Of a stretch of 64,000 nt of DNA, positions 46,473 to 54,743 are shown piece after piece. A program made the position numbers and the translations under genes. Every line of letters begins with the position of its first letter. Position 1 is the stretch's first letter. The notes under the pieces were generated by a model. It was not told where the DNA came from, ran no database searches, and worked only from the letters and a program-made list of their open reading frames with translations. Source of the stretch: an uncultured Prevotella sp. (lineage in GTDB: Bacteria; Bacteroidota; Bacteroidia; Bacteroidales; Bacteroidaceae); the NCBI GenBank assembly GCA_902497035.1, contig CABVDL010000003.1, forward strand, positions 2,836 to 66,835, given 5' to 3'.

Positions 46473-48110
46473 ATGCAACTTTACAAACAAGTTATTGTGT
46501 CAGCGATAATGGTGGCATCATGTGCCATGCCTTATTCCTCCTCCGCGCAGAAGCGGCTTTTCCTACCGCCCACGATGGGATGGAGTACGTGGAACACTTA
46601 CGGCAGCAACATCAACGAAGAAAAAATTATCGCCCAAGCCGACGCTATGGTACGAAAAGGCCTGAGCAAAATCGGCTTCCAATACATAAACATCGATGAC
46701 GGCTATTGGGACGGACGCGGAGAAGACGGCATAGTGAGAGTGAACAAACAGCTGTTCCCACACGGTATGAAATATGTCGCTGACTACATCCACTCCAAAG
46801 GCCTCAAGGCCGGCATCTATTCTGATGCCGGCGACAATACCTGTGCCTCACAGGGCACACAATCGTGGGGGCTTGGCGTGGGGTTGGCAGGCCATGAGTA
46901 CCAAGACTGCAAGCTATATTTCAATGATTGGGGCTACGACTTCATAAAGGTGGACTACTGCGGCGGCAACCATCTCGGGCTGAACGAGCGCAAACAATAC
47001 ACCAAGATTGGAAATGCCATCAAGCGATGTGAAAGGGAGACAGGGCGGCGGATAGTGTTCAACGTGTGCCGCTGGCGTTTCCCTGGCACCTGGATAGAGA
47101 ATGTTGCCGACTCGTGGCGTACGACGCACGACATTTTGGCCACATGGAATGATGTCCCTGAGCTTGACTGGGGTCGTGGCGTGAAATCTATCATCCGCCA
47201 GGCACTGTATGAACAGGCATATACAGGTGACGGACACTACAACGACATGGACATGCTGCAAGTGGGACATGAGCTGACACCTGCTGAAGAGCAAACCCAT
47301 TTTGCGGTGTGGTGCATATGCTCGTCGCCGCTACTCATAGGCTGTGACATGCAGACAATAAAAGAGAATACACTATCACTACTGAAAAACACCGACCTCA
47401 TTGCCATGAACCAGGATGCTTTGGGCTTAGGTGCCCCCGTAGTGCAACGCGAGGGCGATGTGTACGTACTTGCCAAGGACATGGAAAAACTGCATGGTGA
47501 AAAACGCGCCGTGGCAGTGATTAACCTCAGCGACCGGGAACAGACAGTTGAGGTCAGCCTGCAGGCACTTGGTTTCCAGGGGAAAGTCAGCATCCACGAC
47601 TGTTTCACAAAGGCGGAAGGAGAGGTCACCACACCAACGATGACCGTCACAGTACCAGCGCATGGTACGAAAGCCTATTTCTTTACAGGGCAGCGCCAGG
47701 ACAAGACTTTATACCAGGCTGAAGAGGCATGGTTGCATGACTACCAACGCATTTTCAACAAACCGACTGCAACACCTACCGAGGCCACGGCTGCCAGTGG
47801 GGGTGTGATGGTAGAGAATATAGGCGACAAGGAAAGCAACTACTTGGAATGGCGTGACGTATATGTGAGGAAAGGCGGAAAATTCAAACTGACTTTCGCC
47901 TATGCCGCAGCGAAAGACCGCGACCTCGAGGTAAGCGTCAATGGGGGAAAAAAGAAAACTTTTGAAAACCTTAATACCGGCAGCTGGAATGCACAATGGT
48001 CAACATGTTCGGTTGAGGTGACCCTGAAGACAGGAGCCAACACCGTAAGGCTCGGATCGGCAGAGGGATTTGCCCCAAATATCGATTATATGAGAGTTGT
48101 CCGCCTATAA
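46473..48110 (+). CDS. GH27 alpha-galactosidase with C-terminal CBM35-like module
   Basis: PTMGWSTWN, INIDDGY, LKAGIYSDAG, DFIKVDYC and NDMDML motifs; C-terminal YQAEEA...APNIDY. Confidence 0.92.
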   Translation: MQLYKQVIVSAIMVASCAMPYSSSAQKRLFLPPTMGWSTWNTYGSNINEEKIIAQADAMVRKGLSKIGFQYINIDDGYWDGRGEDGIVRVNKQLFPHGMKYVADYIHSKGLKAGIYSDAGDNTCASQGTQSWGLGVGLAGHEYQDCKLYFNDWGYDFIKVDYCGGNHLGLNERKQYTKIGNAIKRCERETGRRIVFNVCRWRFPGTWIENVADSWRTTHDILATWNDVPELDWGRGVKSIIRQALYEQAYTGDGHYNDMDMLQVGHELTPAEEQTHFAVWCICSSPLLIGCDMQTIKENTLSLLKNTDLIAMNQDALGLGAPVVQREGDVYVLAKDMEKLHGEKRAVAVINLSDREQTVEVSLQALGFQGKVSIHDCFTKAEGEVTTPTMTVTVPAHGTKAYFFTGQRQDKTLYQAEEAWLHDYQRIFNKPTATPTEATAASGGVMVENIGDKESNYLEWRDVYVRKGGKFKLTFAYAAAKDRDLEVSVNGGKKKTFENLNTGSWNAQWSTCSVEVTLKTGANTVRLGSAEGFAPNIDYMRVVRL

Positions 48111-48131
48111 TGTACTTAATAAAAGAGTATT

Positions 48132-50354
48132 ATGAACAAGAATAAGGGCATTCTGCTTATTTTTTTTCTGTTGTCCTTTACCATGATGATGCAAGCCCAG
48201 ACATTGAGATTGAGCTGCAAAAACATCGATAAAATTATAAAGGCAATGACCCTGCGGGAAAAAGCCGAACTCGTAGTTGGCGGAAAGTATGTCGTCAGAG
48301 AGGGAAAACCTGCGGAGACACGTTCCGACACCATTCTTGCAGCCGCAGGACTGACAAAAGCCATACCCCGTCTCGGCATAACAGGTACGGAGTTCACTGA
48401 CGGGCCTGCTGGTGTAGTCATCTGGCCAGACCGCCAAGACTGTGGCAGACGCGTTTTCAATGCTACGGCCTTTCCAGTAGCGACGTTGATTGCATCGTCT
48501 TGGAACAAGGAAAATGCGCGTCGCATTGGCGAGGCAATGGGGCAGGAAACGCTGGACTTGGGATGCGATGTCATTCTGACACCTGCGATAAACATCCAAC
48601 GGAACCCGCTTTGCGGACGCAACTATGAGTATTTTTCTGAGGATCCCGTGTTGACGGCAGGGATGGCTACAGCCGAGGTACTCGGAGTCCAGTCTAAAGG
48701 CGTTGGCACATCGGTAAAGCATTTTGTCGCCAACAATCAGGAGACGTGGCGCCTACTGAACAATTCTGTCATAGGTCAGCGTGCGCTCCGTGAGATATAT
48801 CTTAAAGGTTTTGAGCTTACACTTAAGAATGCCAAGCCGTGGACAGTGATGGCGTCCTACAACAAGCTCAATGGCACATGGACGCAGTCGAAGCCAGAAT
48901 TGCTCCACAGCTGGTTGCGCGACGAGATTGGCTACAAAGGCCTGACCCTGACTGACTGGACTAATGACGAACGCAATGTAGTCAACAATATCAATGCCGA
49001 CGACAATCTTATGATGCCGGGACTTACAAACCATGTATCACAAATTGTGGAGGCTGTGAAAGACGGCCGGATCAAAATACAGACACTTGACAATGCAGTT
49101 CGCCACATGTTGGAATATATTGTCAAGACTCCCACATTCAGAGGCTGTCCCAAGAAAGAACATACAGATGTTGGTGCCCATGCCATTGTTTCACGCGAGG
49201 GAGCGGAAGATGGAATTATACTCCTTAAAAATAACAGCTCCGTGTTGCCCTTGGCCTCAGGCCGACAGGTAGCTCTCTTTGGGCATGGCTCCTATAATGG
49301 CTATCTGGCAGGAGGCATAGGCTCCGGCTTTGTTTTCACCAGACATACGGTCAACATAGCTGAAGGCCTAAGACGTGCTGGTTATCATCTTAATCCTGAG
49401 CTCACCGCCCTGTATACTGATGCCAATGAAGAAGTGCCTGTCAGCAAGGCGTATGCTGAGCGCCGGGCAAAAGAAAGTGATGTTGCAATTGTGACGATTA
49501 GGAGAAACGCCGGTGAGGGCTATGACCGTAAGGTTGAGAAAGGCGACTGGATGCTCAGTGATGTGGAGCGGTCTTCTCTCAAGAATATCTCGGATGCTTT
49601 CCACCAGCAGGGAAAGAAACTGATAGTATTGCTCAATATAACGGCTCCAATGGAGGTTGCATCCTGGCAAGAACTGGCTGATGCCATTGTCCTGCCGTGG
49701 ACACCTGGCGGTGAGGGCGGATTGGCAATAGCAAATATTCTGACGGGAAAAACCAATCCGTCAGGACATCTGCCCATGACCTTCGCCGTAGCATACGAAG
49801 ATATTCCATCGAGTAAGAATTTCCCGTCGAATTATGAAGACATGCCATTCGATGCCAATGTTCCTACTATTGGTTACACTAAATATGAAGAAGGCATCTG
49901 GGTAGGCTACCGCTATTTCAATACGAAGAAAGTTCCGGTGATGTGGCCTTTTGGCTATGGCTTGAGCTACACTACATTTAGTTTCTATAATCCGACAGTA
50001 AAATTGAGGAAAGACCGAATTGAGGCATCAGTTATGGTAAGGAACACGGGCAGTGTCGCAGGCAGGCAAGTGGCCCAGCTATACGTCAGTGCACCGAAGA
50101 GCAATTTGGAGAAACCATTGCGTGAATTGAAAGACTTTGCCAAGACCCGCATCCTTCAACCCGGAGAAAGTCAGCAATTGTCATTCAATATTCCATTAAC
50201 CGAGCTTGCGAGTTTTGATGAGAAAGACAATAGCTGGGTAACCGACAAGGGCAAGTATAATGTGGAAATTGGCGACAATGTGGAAAACATCCTTTGCAGT
50301 AAATCATTCACAATAAAGAAAAGGACGGTCGTTAACTGCCCTACAGTACTCTGA
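48132..50354 (+). CDS. GH3 beta-glucosidase family
   Basis: DGPAG, RNPLCGRNYEYFSEDP, KHFVAN, TDW nucleophile, GYRYF and PFGYGLSYT motifs; Fn3-like tail. Confidence 0.95.
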   Translation: MNKNKGILLIFFLLSFTMMMQAQTLRLSCKNIDKIIKAMTLREKAELVVGGKYVVREGKPAETRSDTILAAAGLTKAIPRLGITGTEFTDGPAGVVIWPDRQDCGRRVFNATAFPVATLIASSWNKENARRIGEAMGQETLDLGCDVILTPAINIQRNPLCGRNYEYFSEDPVLTAGMATAEVLGVQSKGVGTSVKHFVANNQETWRLLNNSVIGQRALREIYLKGFELTLKNAKPWTVMASYNKLNGTWTQSKPELLHSWLRDEIGYKGLTLTDWTNDERNVVNNINADDNLMMPGLTNHVSQIVEAVKDGRIKIQTLDNAVRHMLEYIVKTPTFRGCPKKEHTDVGAHAIVSREGAEDGIILLKNNSSVLPLASGRQVALFGHGSYNGYLAGGIGSGFVFTRHTVNIAEGLRRAGYHLNPELTALYTDANEEVPVSKAYAERRAKESDVAIVTIRRNAGEGYDRKVEKGDWMLSDVERSSLKNISDAFHQQGKKLIVLLNITAPMEVASWQELADAIVLPWTPGGEGGLAIANILTGKTNPSGHLPMTFAVAYEDIPSSKNFPSNYEDMPFDANVPTIGYTKYEEGIWVGYRYFNTKKVPVMWPFGYGLSYTTFSFYNPTVKLRKDRIEASVMVRNTGSVAGRQVAQLYVSAPKSNLEKPLRELKDFAKTRILQPGESQQLSFNIPLTELASFDEKDNSWVTDKGKYNVEIGDNVENILCSKSFTIKKRTVVNCPTVL

Positions 50355-50375
50355 TTAGCGATTATAAAATAATCA

Positions 50376-52604
50376 ATGAAAAGGTCATTTATCCTTAAAC
50401 ATCTCCCAATTATCATATTTCTGCTGTTTCTGGCACGCCAAGTGTCGGGGCAGCAGGCTCGGTGGATTACCTCCGCCGACTGCAAGAACGATACCAACAC
50501 ATGGATCTGTATGCAGAAAGTGGAAAGGCTGAAAGCAGAACCTAAGAAAGCCGTTGCCCGCATTGCTGCCGACAGCAAATACTGGCTATGGATTAACGGA
50601 AAGCTTGTTGTCAGGGAGGGGGGTGTCAAGCGAGGACCCAATCCTGACGACACTTATTACGACAACGTCGACCTGGCACCGTATCTAAGCAAAGGAAGCA
50701 ATCTCTTTTCTGTCCTGGTATGGTATTATGGCAGGCAAGGGTTCTCGTATAAGATGAGCGGACAAGCCGGCCTGTTCATCGACTGCTCAACCGATAACGG
50801 GGAGCAAATAGTGACCGACAATACATGGAAAGCACGCCTGCACCCAGCCCACTACAATACATCTACCCCTCAAGCAAACTGGCGGCTGCCGGAATCGAAC
50901 ATCGGATTTGACGCTCGCCGCGACATCATAGGATGGGAAAACGTCGAACAAACGGCATGGCACAACGCCATTGACAAAGGAACCGAGGGGGCTGCTCCGT
51001 GGAACAGACTGCACCACCGGATGATTCCGCTTTGGAAAGACTTCGGGCTGCACAACTACGTCAAGACAACACTGCACAGAGGAAACACCCATGACACCCT
51101 CGTCTGCCAGCTACCCTACGATGCCCAGGTCATGCCGTGGATGGAGGTGGAGTCAAGGTTAGGCGGAGACACTATACAAATGTTGACTGACACCTACATC
51201 ATTAACGGAGAGTACAGCGTAAGGGGTGAATACGTCACTCGCAAGGGGAATCAACAGTATGAGAGCATGGGATGGATAAGCGGCAACACAGTTTACTATA
51301 TTGTCCCGAAAGGCGCAAGGATGCTCCGCGCTCAATATCGCGAGACCGGCTACGACACAGATTTTGCAGGCCGGTTCTCGTGCAATGACAACTATTGGAA
51401 CACGCTTTGGAAGAAAGCCCGGCGTACCTTGTACGTCAATATGCGCGACACCTATTTTGACTGTCCCGACCGTGAGAGGGCGCAATGGTGGGGCGATGAG
51501 GTCTATGAGGGCGCGCAGTCGTTCTATGCCCTGTCGCCAAGCAGCCACCTGTTGATGAAGAAAGGAATTTATGAGTTGATGGGCTGGCAACGGAAAGACC
51601 ATACCCTCTATGCTCCCATACCCTCGGGCAACTGGCAGAACGAGCTGCCCGGGCAGATGCTCAGTGCCGTAGGCTACTACGGTCTCTGGAACTACTATAT
51701 GAATACGGGCGACCTGGAGACGCTGCGCATGGCCTATCCAAAGGTGCAGGCTTATCTTGACACCTGGCAGAAAGCACCCGATGGTACGATGGTGGCACGG
51801 CAAGGCGGCTGGTACTGGGGCGACTGGGGCAATTGCATTGACAAGGTGGCACTGTACAATGCCTTGTACTATCTGGCACTGAAAGGACAAAGGAACGCTG
51901 CGCTTGCCTTGGGGAATGTGGACGATGCCGCTATGTTGAAGCTTCGCATGGAGCAGCTCAAGGTGGCGTTTAACCGGACATTCTGGACAGGTGCCGCATA
52001 CCGGCATCCCGACTTTAAGGAAGGCTTCGACGACAGAGTCCAGGCCATGGCTGTCGTGGCAGGTCTCGCCGACCGTGACAAATACCCGGCTATACTTCAG
52101 GTACTGAAAACAACCAGGCATGCAAGCCCGTGTATAGAGAAATATGTCATCGAGGCTTTCTTCAAGATGGGACATCCTGTGGAGGGACTGCAACGCATGA
52201 GGGAACGGTATGCCACGATGGTAAACGACCCCATTCACACTACGCTCTACGAGGGTTGGACTGTTGAGGAGCTTGGCTCAAGCAATCATGCGTGGAGCGG
52301 TGGAGGAATTATGATACTCTCCGGTCTAGTCTGTGGCGTGACGCCCGCTGACCCCGGCTATGGCAGGTGGCACGTGGCTCCCTGCCCGGGCGGCATTGCA
52401 AAGGCCTCAACAACGGTCCCCACGGTGAAAGGCGACATCCGGGTATCATACAAGGTAACTGAAGGAGGTATGACCCTGTACGTGAAAGCACCCAAGGGTA
52501 CAACGGGGGAAATAGTCGTACCTCAGGGTTACAAAGACGAGGGGAAGATATTAAAGGCAGGATCCTCCGGCCACTGGAAGTTCTTTAAAATAAGCAAAAG
52601 ATAA
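50376..52604 (+). CDS. GH78 alpha-L-rhamnosidase family
   Basis: ADSKYWLWING, DCPDRERAQWWGD, GDWG, TTLYEGW and NHAWSG motifs. Confidence 0.88.
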   Translation: MKRSFILKHLPIIIFLLFLARQVSGQQARWITSADCKNDTNTWICMQKVERLKAEPKKAVARIAADSKYWLWINGKLVVREGGVKRGPNPDDTYYDNVDLAPYLSKGSNLFSVLVWYYGRQGFSYKMSGQAGLFIDCSTDNGEQIVTDNTWKARLHPAHYNTSTPQANWRLPESNIGFDARRDIIGWENVEQTAWHNAIDKGTEGAAPWNRLHHRMIPLWKDFGLHNYVKTTLHRGNTHDTLVCQLPYDAQVMPWMEVESRLGGDTIQMLTDTYIINGEYSVRGEYVTRKGNQQYESMGWISGNTVYYIVPKGARMLRAQYRETGYDTDFAGRFSCNDNYWNTLWKKARRTLYVNMRDTYFDCPDRERAQWWGDEVYEGAQSFYALSPSSHLLMKKGIYELMGWQRKDHTLYAPIPSGNWQNELPGQMLSAVGYYGLWNYYMNTGDLETLRMAYPKVQAYLDTWQKAPDGTMVARQGGWYWGDWGNCIDKVALYNALYYLALKGQRNAALALGNVDDAAMLKLRMEQLKVAFNRTFWTGAAYRHPDFKEGFDDRVQAMAVVAGLADRDKYPAILQVLKTTRHASPCIEKYVIEAFFKMGHPVEGLQRMRERYATMVNDPIHTTLYEGWTVEELGSSNHAWSGGGIMILSGLVCGVTPADPGYGRWHVAPCPGGIAKASTTVPTVKGDIRVSYKVTEGGMTLYVKAPKGTTGEIVVPQGYKDEGKILKAGSSGHWKFFKISKR

Positions 52605-52631
52605 GAATACAAGAACAAAAGTTCTGAAGTC

Positions 52632-53219
52632 TCAATTTCCTGTCCCCATCTGGCAAAGGACGGCGATGACAATGAACAGGTAATATTTCTCGACCTTGGC
52701 ACGAATGAACTTCAGTGCCTTTCCCATCTGGCTCTCCACCGTGTTCTCTGACAGATGAAGCCGGGAGGCTATTTCCTTGTTGGTGAGGCAATCGTAACGG
52801 CTCATCTTGAAGATGCGCCTGCGGGCCTCGGGCAGCTCATCGATAATTGTGGAAAGGAACTCACTGAGGAAGTCGGTGTCAATCTCGTTGCGTGTCGTGT
52901 CGGTGGCCTCGCTGGAGGTCTCCCTGACGAGCCGGCTGTAAAGGCTTTCCACCATGCGGTGCTTATAGGTGTTGAGCAGCCGGCTCTTGGCAATGGTACA
53001 TACATAGTTGCCAAACGACTTTGCCTCATCCAGTGTGTCGCGCTTCTCCCACACGGTGGTAAATACATCCTGTACGATTTCCTCAGCCAACATACTGTCG
53101 CCGCCCGAAATCTTCATGACAAAGTTGTATAGTCTTCCACTCCACTGATTGTAGAGAGCATTGAAGGCGCCCCCGTCGTCTTGTGTCTTTAGCAACAACA
53201 CCTGCTCACGTTCTGTCAT
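52632..53219 (-). CDS. ECF sigma-70 factor (Bacteroides expansion type)
   Basis: AFNALY, AEEIVQDVF..VWEKR, LPEARRRIFKMSR and KEIASRLHLSENTVE motifs. Confidence 0.93.
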   Translation of the reverse strand: MTEREQVLLLKTQDDGGAFNALYNQWSGRLYNFVMKISGGDSMLAEEIVQDVFTTVWEKRDTLDEAKSFGNYVCTIAKSRLLNTYKHRMVESLYSRLVRETSSEATDTTRNEIDTDFLSEFLSTIIDELPEARRRIFKMSRYDCLTNKEIASRLHLSENTVESQMGKALKFIRAKVEKYYLFIVIAVLCQMGTGN

Positions 53220-53251
53220 GCTTAGAGATGTATTCTGGTCATATCCGCATG

Positions 53252-53259
53252 CAAAGATA
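53252..53259 (-). promoter_or_regulatory. -7 promoter element (TATCTTTG) for the ECF sigma gene
   Basis: TAnnTTTG about 32 nt upstream of ATG 53219. Confidence 0.6.
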
Positions 53260-53344
53260 CACTTTTCTGAGGATAGAAAGATGGTAATCCTACACTTTTT
53301 TGAGGATTGCCGCGATTTTCAGCGCCACCAGCTGGGCCACCTTA

Positions 53345-53600
53345 TCACCGATGTGTATGCCCACCGCCGCCAGCCATTCTTCAGCCGCCTGTGGACCAGC
53401 CTCATCCGCCTGCTCAGTCCGCTGCTGTAGGGTGTGAGTTCCCTCCCCCAGCTCTAAAGTTCGCCTGCGGGATGTACTCCACGACCGGGCATTATTCCAA
53501 ACCCACATTGCTGAGAGTGTCATTACAATAACGGCGTTCGCAGCAAATAGATGACGGCGCGTGCCTCTTTTCGCTCCCAATGGAGCTATGGGCCTAACCG
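53345..53600 (+). repeat. Direct repeat, right copy (parts A and B contiguous), including a duplicated cls 3' end
   Basis: Translates TDVYAHRRQPFFSRLWTSLIRLLSPLL* versus cls TEVHANRPQPFFNRLWTSLIRLLSPLL*; continues in near identity to 33523-33618 and then 34936-35009. Confidence 0.95.
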
Positions 53601-53631
53601 TCTCAGCCATCCCGCACCAGTACTACGGCCG

Positions 53632-53754
53632 AATTACTCGAGTACTTCATGTGAAGTACTGCAGTAATCAATGTCAAATTACTCGAGTACTTCACGTGAA
53701 GTACTGCAGTAATCAACGTCAAATTACTCGAGTACTTCACGTGAAGTACTCGAG
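53632..53754. repeat. 45-bp tandem array of palindromic units (~2.7 copies)
   Basis: Units start at 53632, 53677 and 53722: AATTACTCGAGTACTTCA(C/T)GTGAAGTACTGCAGTAATCAA(C/T)GTCA. Confidence 0.95.
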
Positions 53755-53880
53755 CAGTTCTTTTTGAATGATGGTTAAATGTAAGCAGAGACGATTTGTT
53801 GGTACAAATGATTAGAATGCCCATTGCCGTTTCGGAGACCCGGGCAAGGGAACACAACGTTTGCGCAAGGAAAGGACGGC

Positions 53881-54615
53881 TCAACGGGTGGCCTCAATGG
53901 TATAGGTGAAGCTGTCGGCGCGGTAGTAGCCAATATTGTACTCCACGGGCATTTCGTTGACATCATAGACAAAGCGCTCGCGGATGAGTATGGGGTCGTG
54001 CTCGTCGATGTCGAGCTTTTCCGCAATGAATGAGCCTGCGGCGCGTGCCCTTATCGACTCCTTGCTCACCTTCACCACCACGTGGTACTGTTTCTCTAAA
54101 ATCTCGTAAAGCGGCGTGGCGTAGTTCTCGTCGCCGGTCAGTGGTATGGACGGATTGAAGTAGCTCACGAAGAACACGAAGGGAAAGTCCTTGTTGCCAC
54201 GCAGCCGCTCAAGAACCATACAGCGCGTGGCCTTGTCGTCGGGCTGGAGCTGGAAGAAATTGCGAATTTCCTCATCCTGAGGGATTTGGAAGCTGATGTG
54301 GAGTTCATAGTTGCGCACCTCGACGCCGAGCCGTTTCATCTCCTGCGAGAAGCTCTGCCAGCCCTGCACGCCGCCCACGATGCCCTTCATGGCCACCTTT
54401 GTGCCCACGCCGCGCTTGCGAATGAGCAGACCCTCATAGACCAGCTTGTTGATGGCCTGGCGCAAAGTGTTGCGGGAAATGTGTAATTGTTCAGACAACT
54501 CCACCTCGTTTGGCAGGAACTTGCCCTTCTTGTACTGGTCTTCCTTGATGAGCCGCCTCAGCAATTCTTCCGCCTGAACGTGCAGCGGAGTCTCCGATTT
54601 GTGGTCTAATTCCAT
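53881..54615 (-). CDS. GntR-family regulator, HutC/UTRA subfamily
   Basis: LPNEVELSEQLHISRNTLRQA and RGVGT HTH motifs; C-terminal UTRA pattern (SFSQEM, PVEY...YRAD). Confidence 0.92.
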   Translation of the reverse strand: MELDHKSETPLHVQAEELLRRLIKEDQYKKGKFLPNEVELSEQLHISRNTLRQAINKLVYEGLLIRKRGVGTKVAMKGIVGGVQGWQSFSQEMKRLGVEVRNYELHISFQIPQDEEIRNFFQLQPDDKATRCMVLERLRGNKDFPFVFFVSYFNPSIPLTGDENYATPLYEILEKQYHVVVKVSKESIRARAAGSFIAEKLDIDEHDPILIRERFVYDVNEMPVEYNIGYYRADSFTYTIEATR

Positions 54616-54697
54616 GACTTTTCGCTTTATTTGCTTGCAAATATAACATTTTCTGAAAAAACCTCCAAAATTATTTGCGAGTTTTATTCGGACTTAT

Positions 54698-54728
54698 TAT
54701 CTTTGCACATATAATTAATGTTTGAACA
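54698..54728 (+). promoter_or_regulatory. -7 element (TATCTTTG) plus candidate GntR operator TGTTTGAACA
   Basis: TAnnTTTG at 54698-54705; dyad TGTT-TG-AACA at 54719-54728 between the promoter and the ATG. Confidence 0.5.
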
Positions 54729-54743
54729 ATTATACGATATTCA

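Noticed and set aside
53161..53430. 89-aa ORF ending like Cls as a real gene
   Set aside because: Chimera of antisense sigma DNA, promoter DNA and the duplicated cls tail; no HKD motifs.
53345..53600. Simple assembly duplication of the cls end
   Set aside because: The copies differ by scattered and codon-aware substitutions and by a 1317-bp insert, which a collapsed or duplicated contig would not produce. Long reads would still be the definitive test.
53688..53703. parS sites (core TTCACGTGAA; parAB is in the window)
   Set aside because: Only 12/16 match to TGTTTCACGTGAAACA, with the conserved outer GT/AC positions changed; better explained as part of the larger palindrome.
53632..53754. 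CRISPR array
   Set aside because: Linkers are only 9 bp and nearly identical, there are under three units, and no cas genes are in the window.
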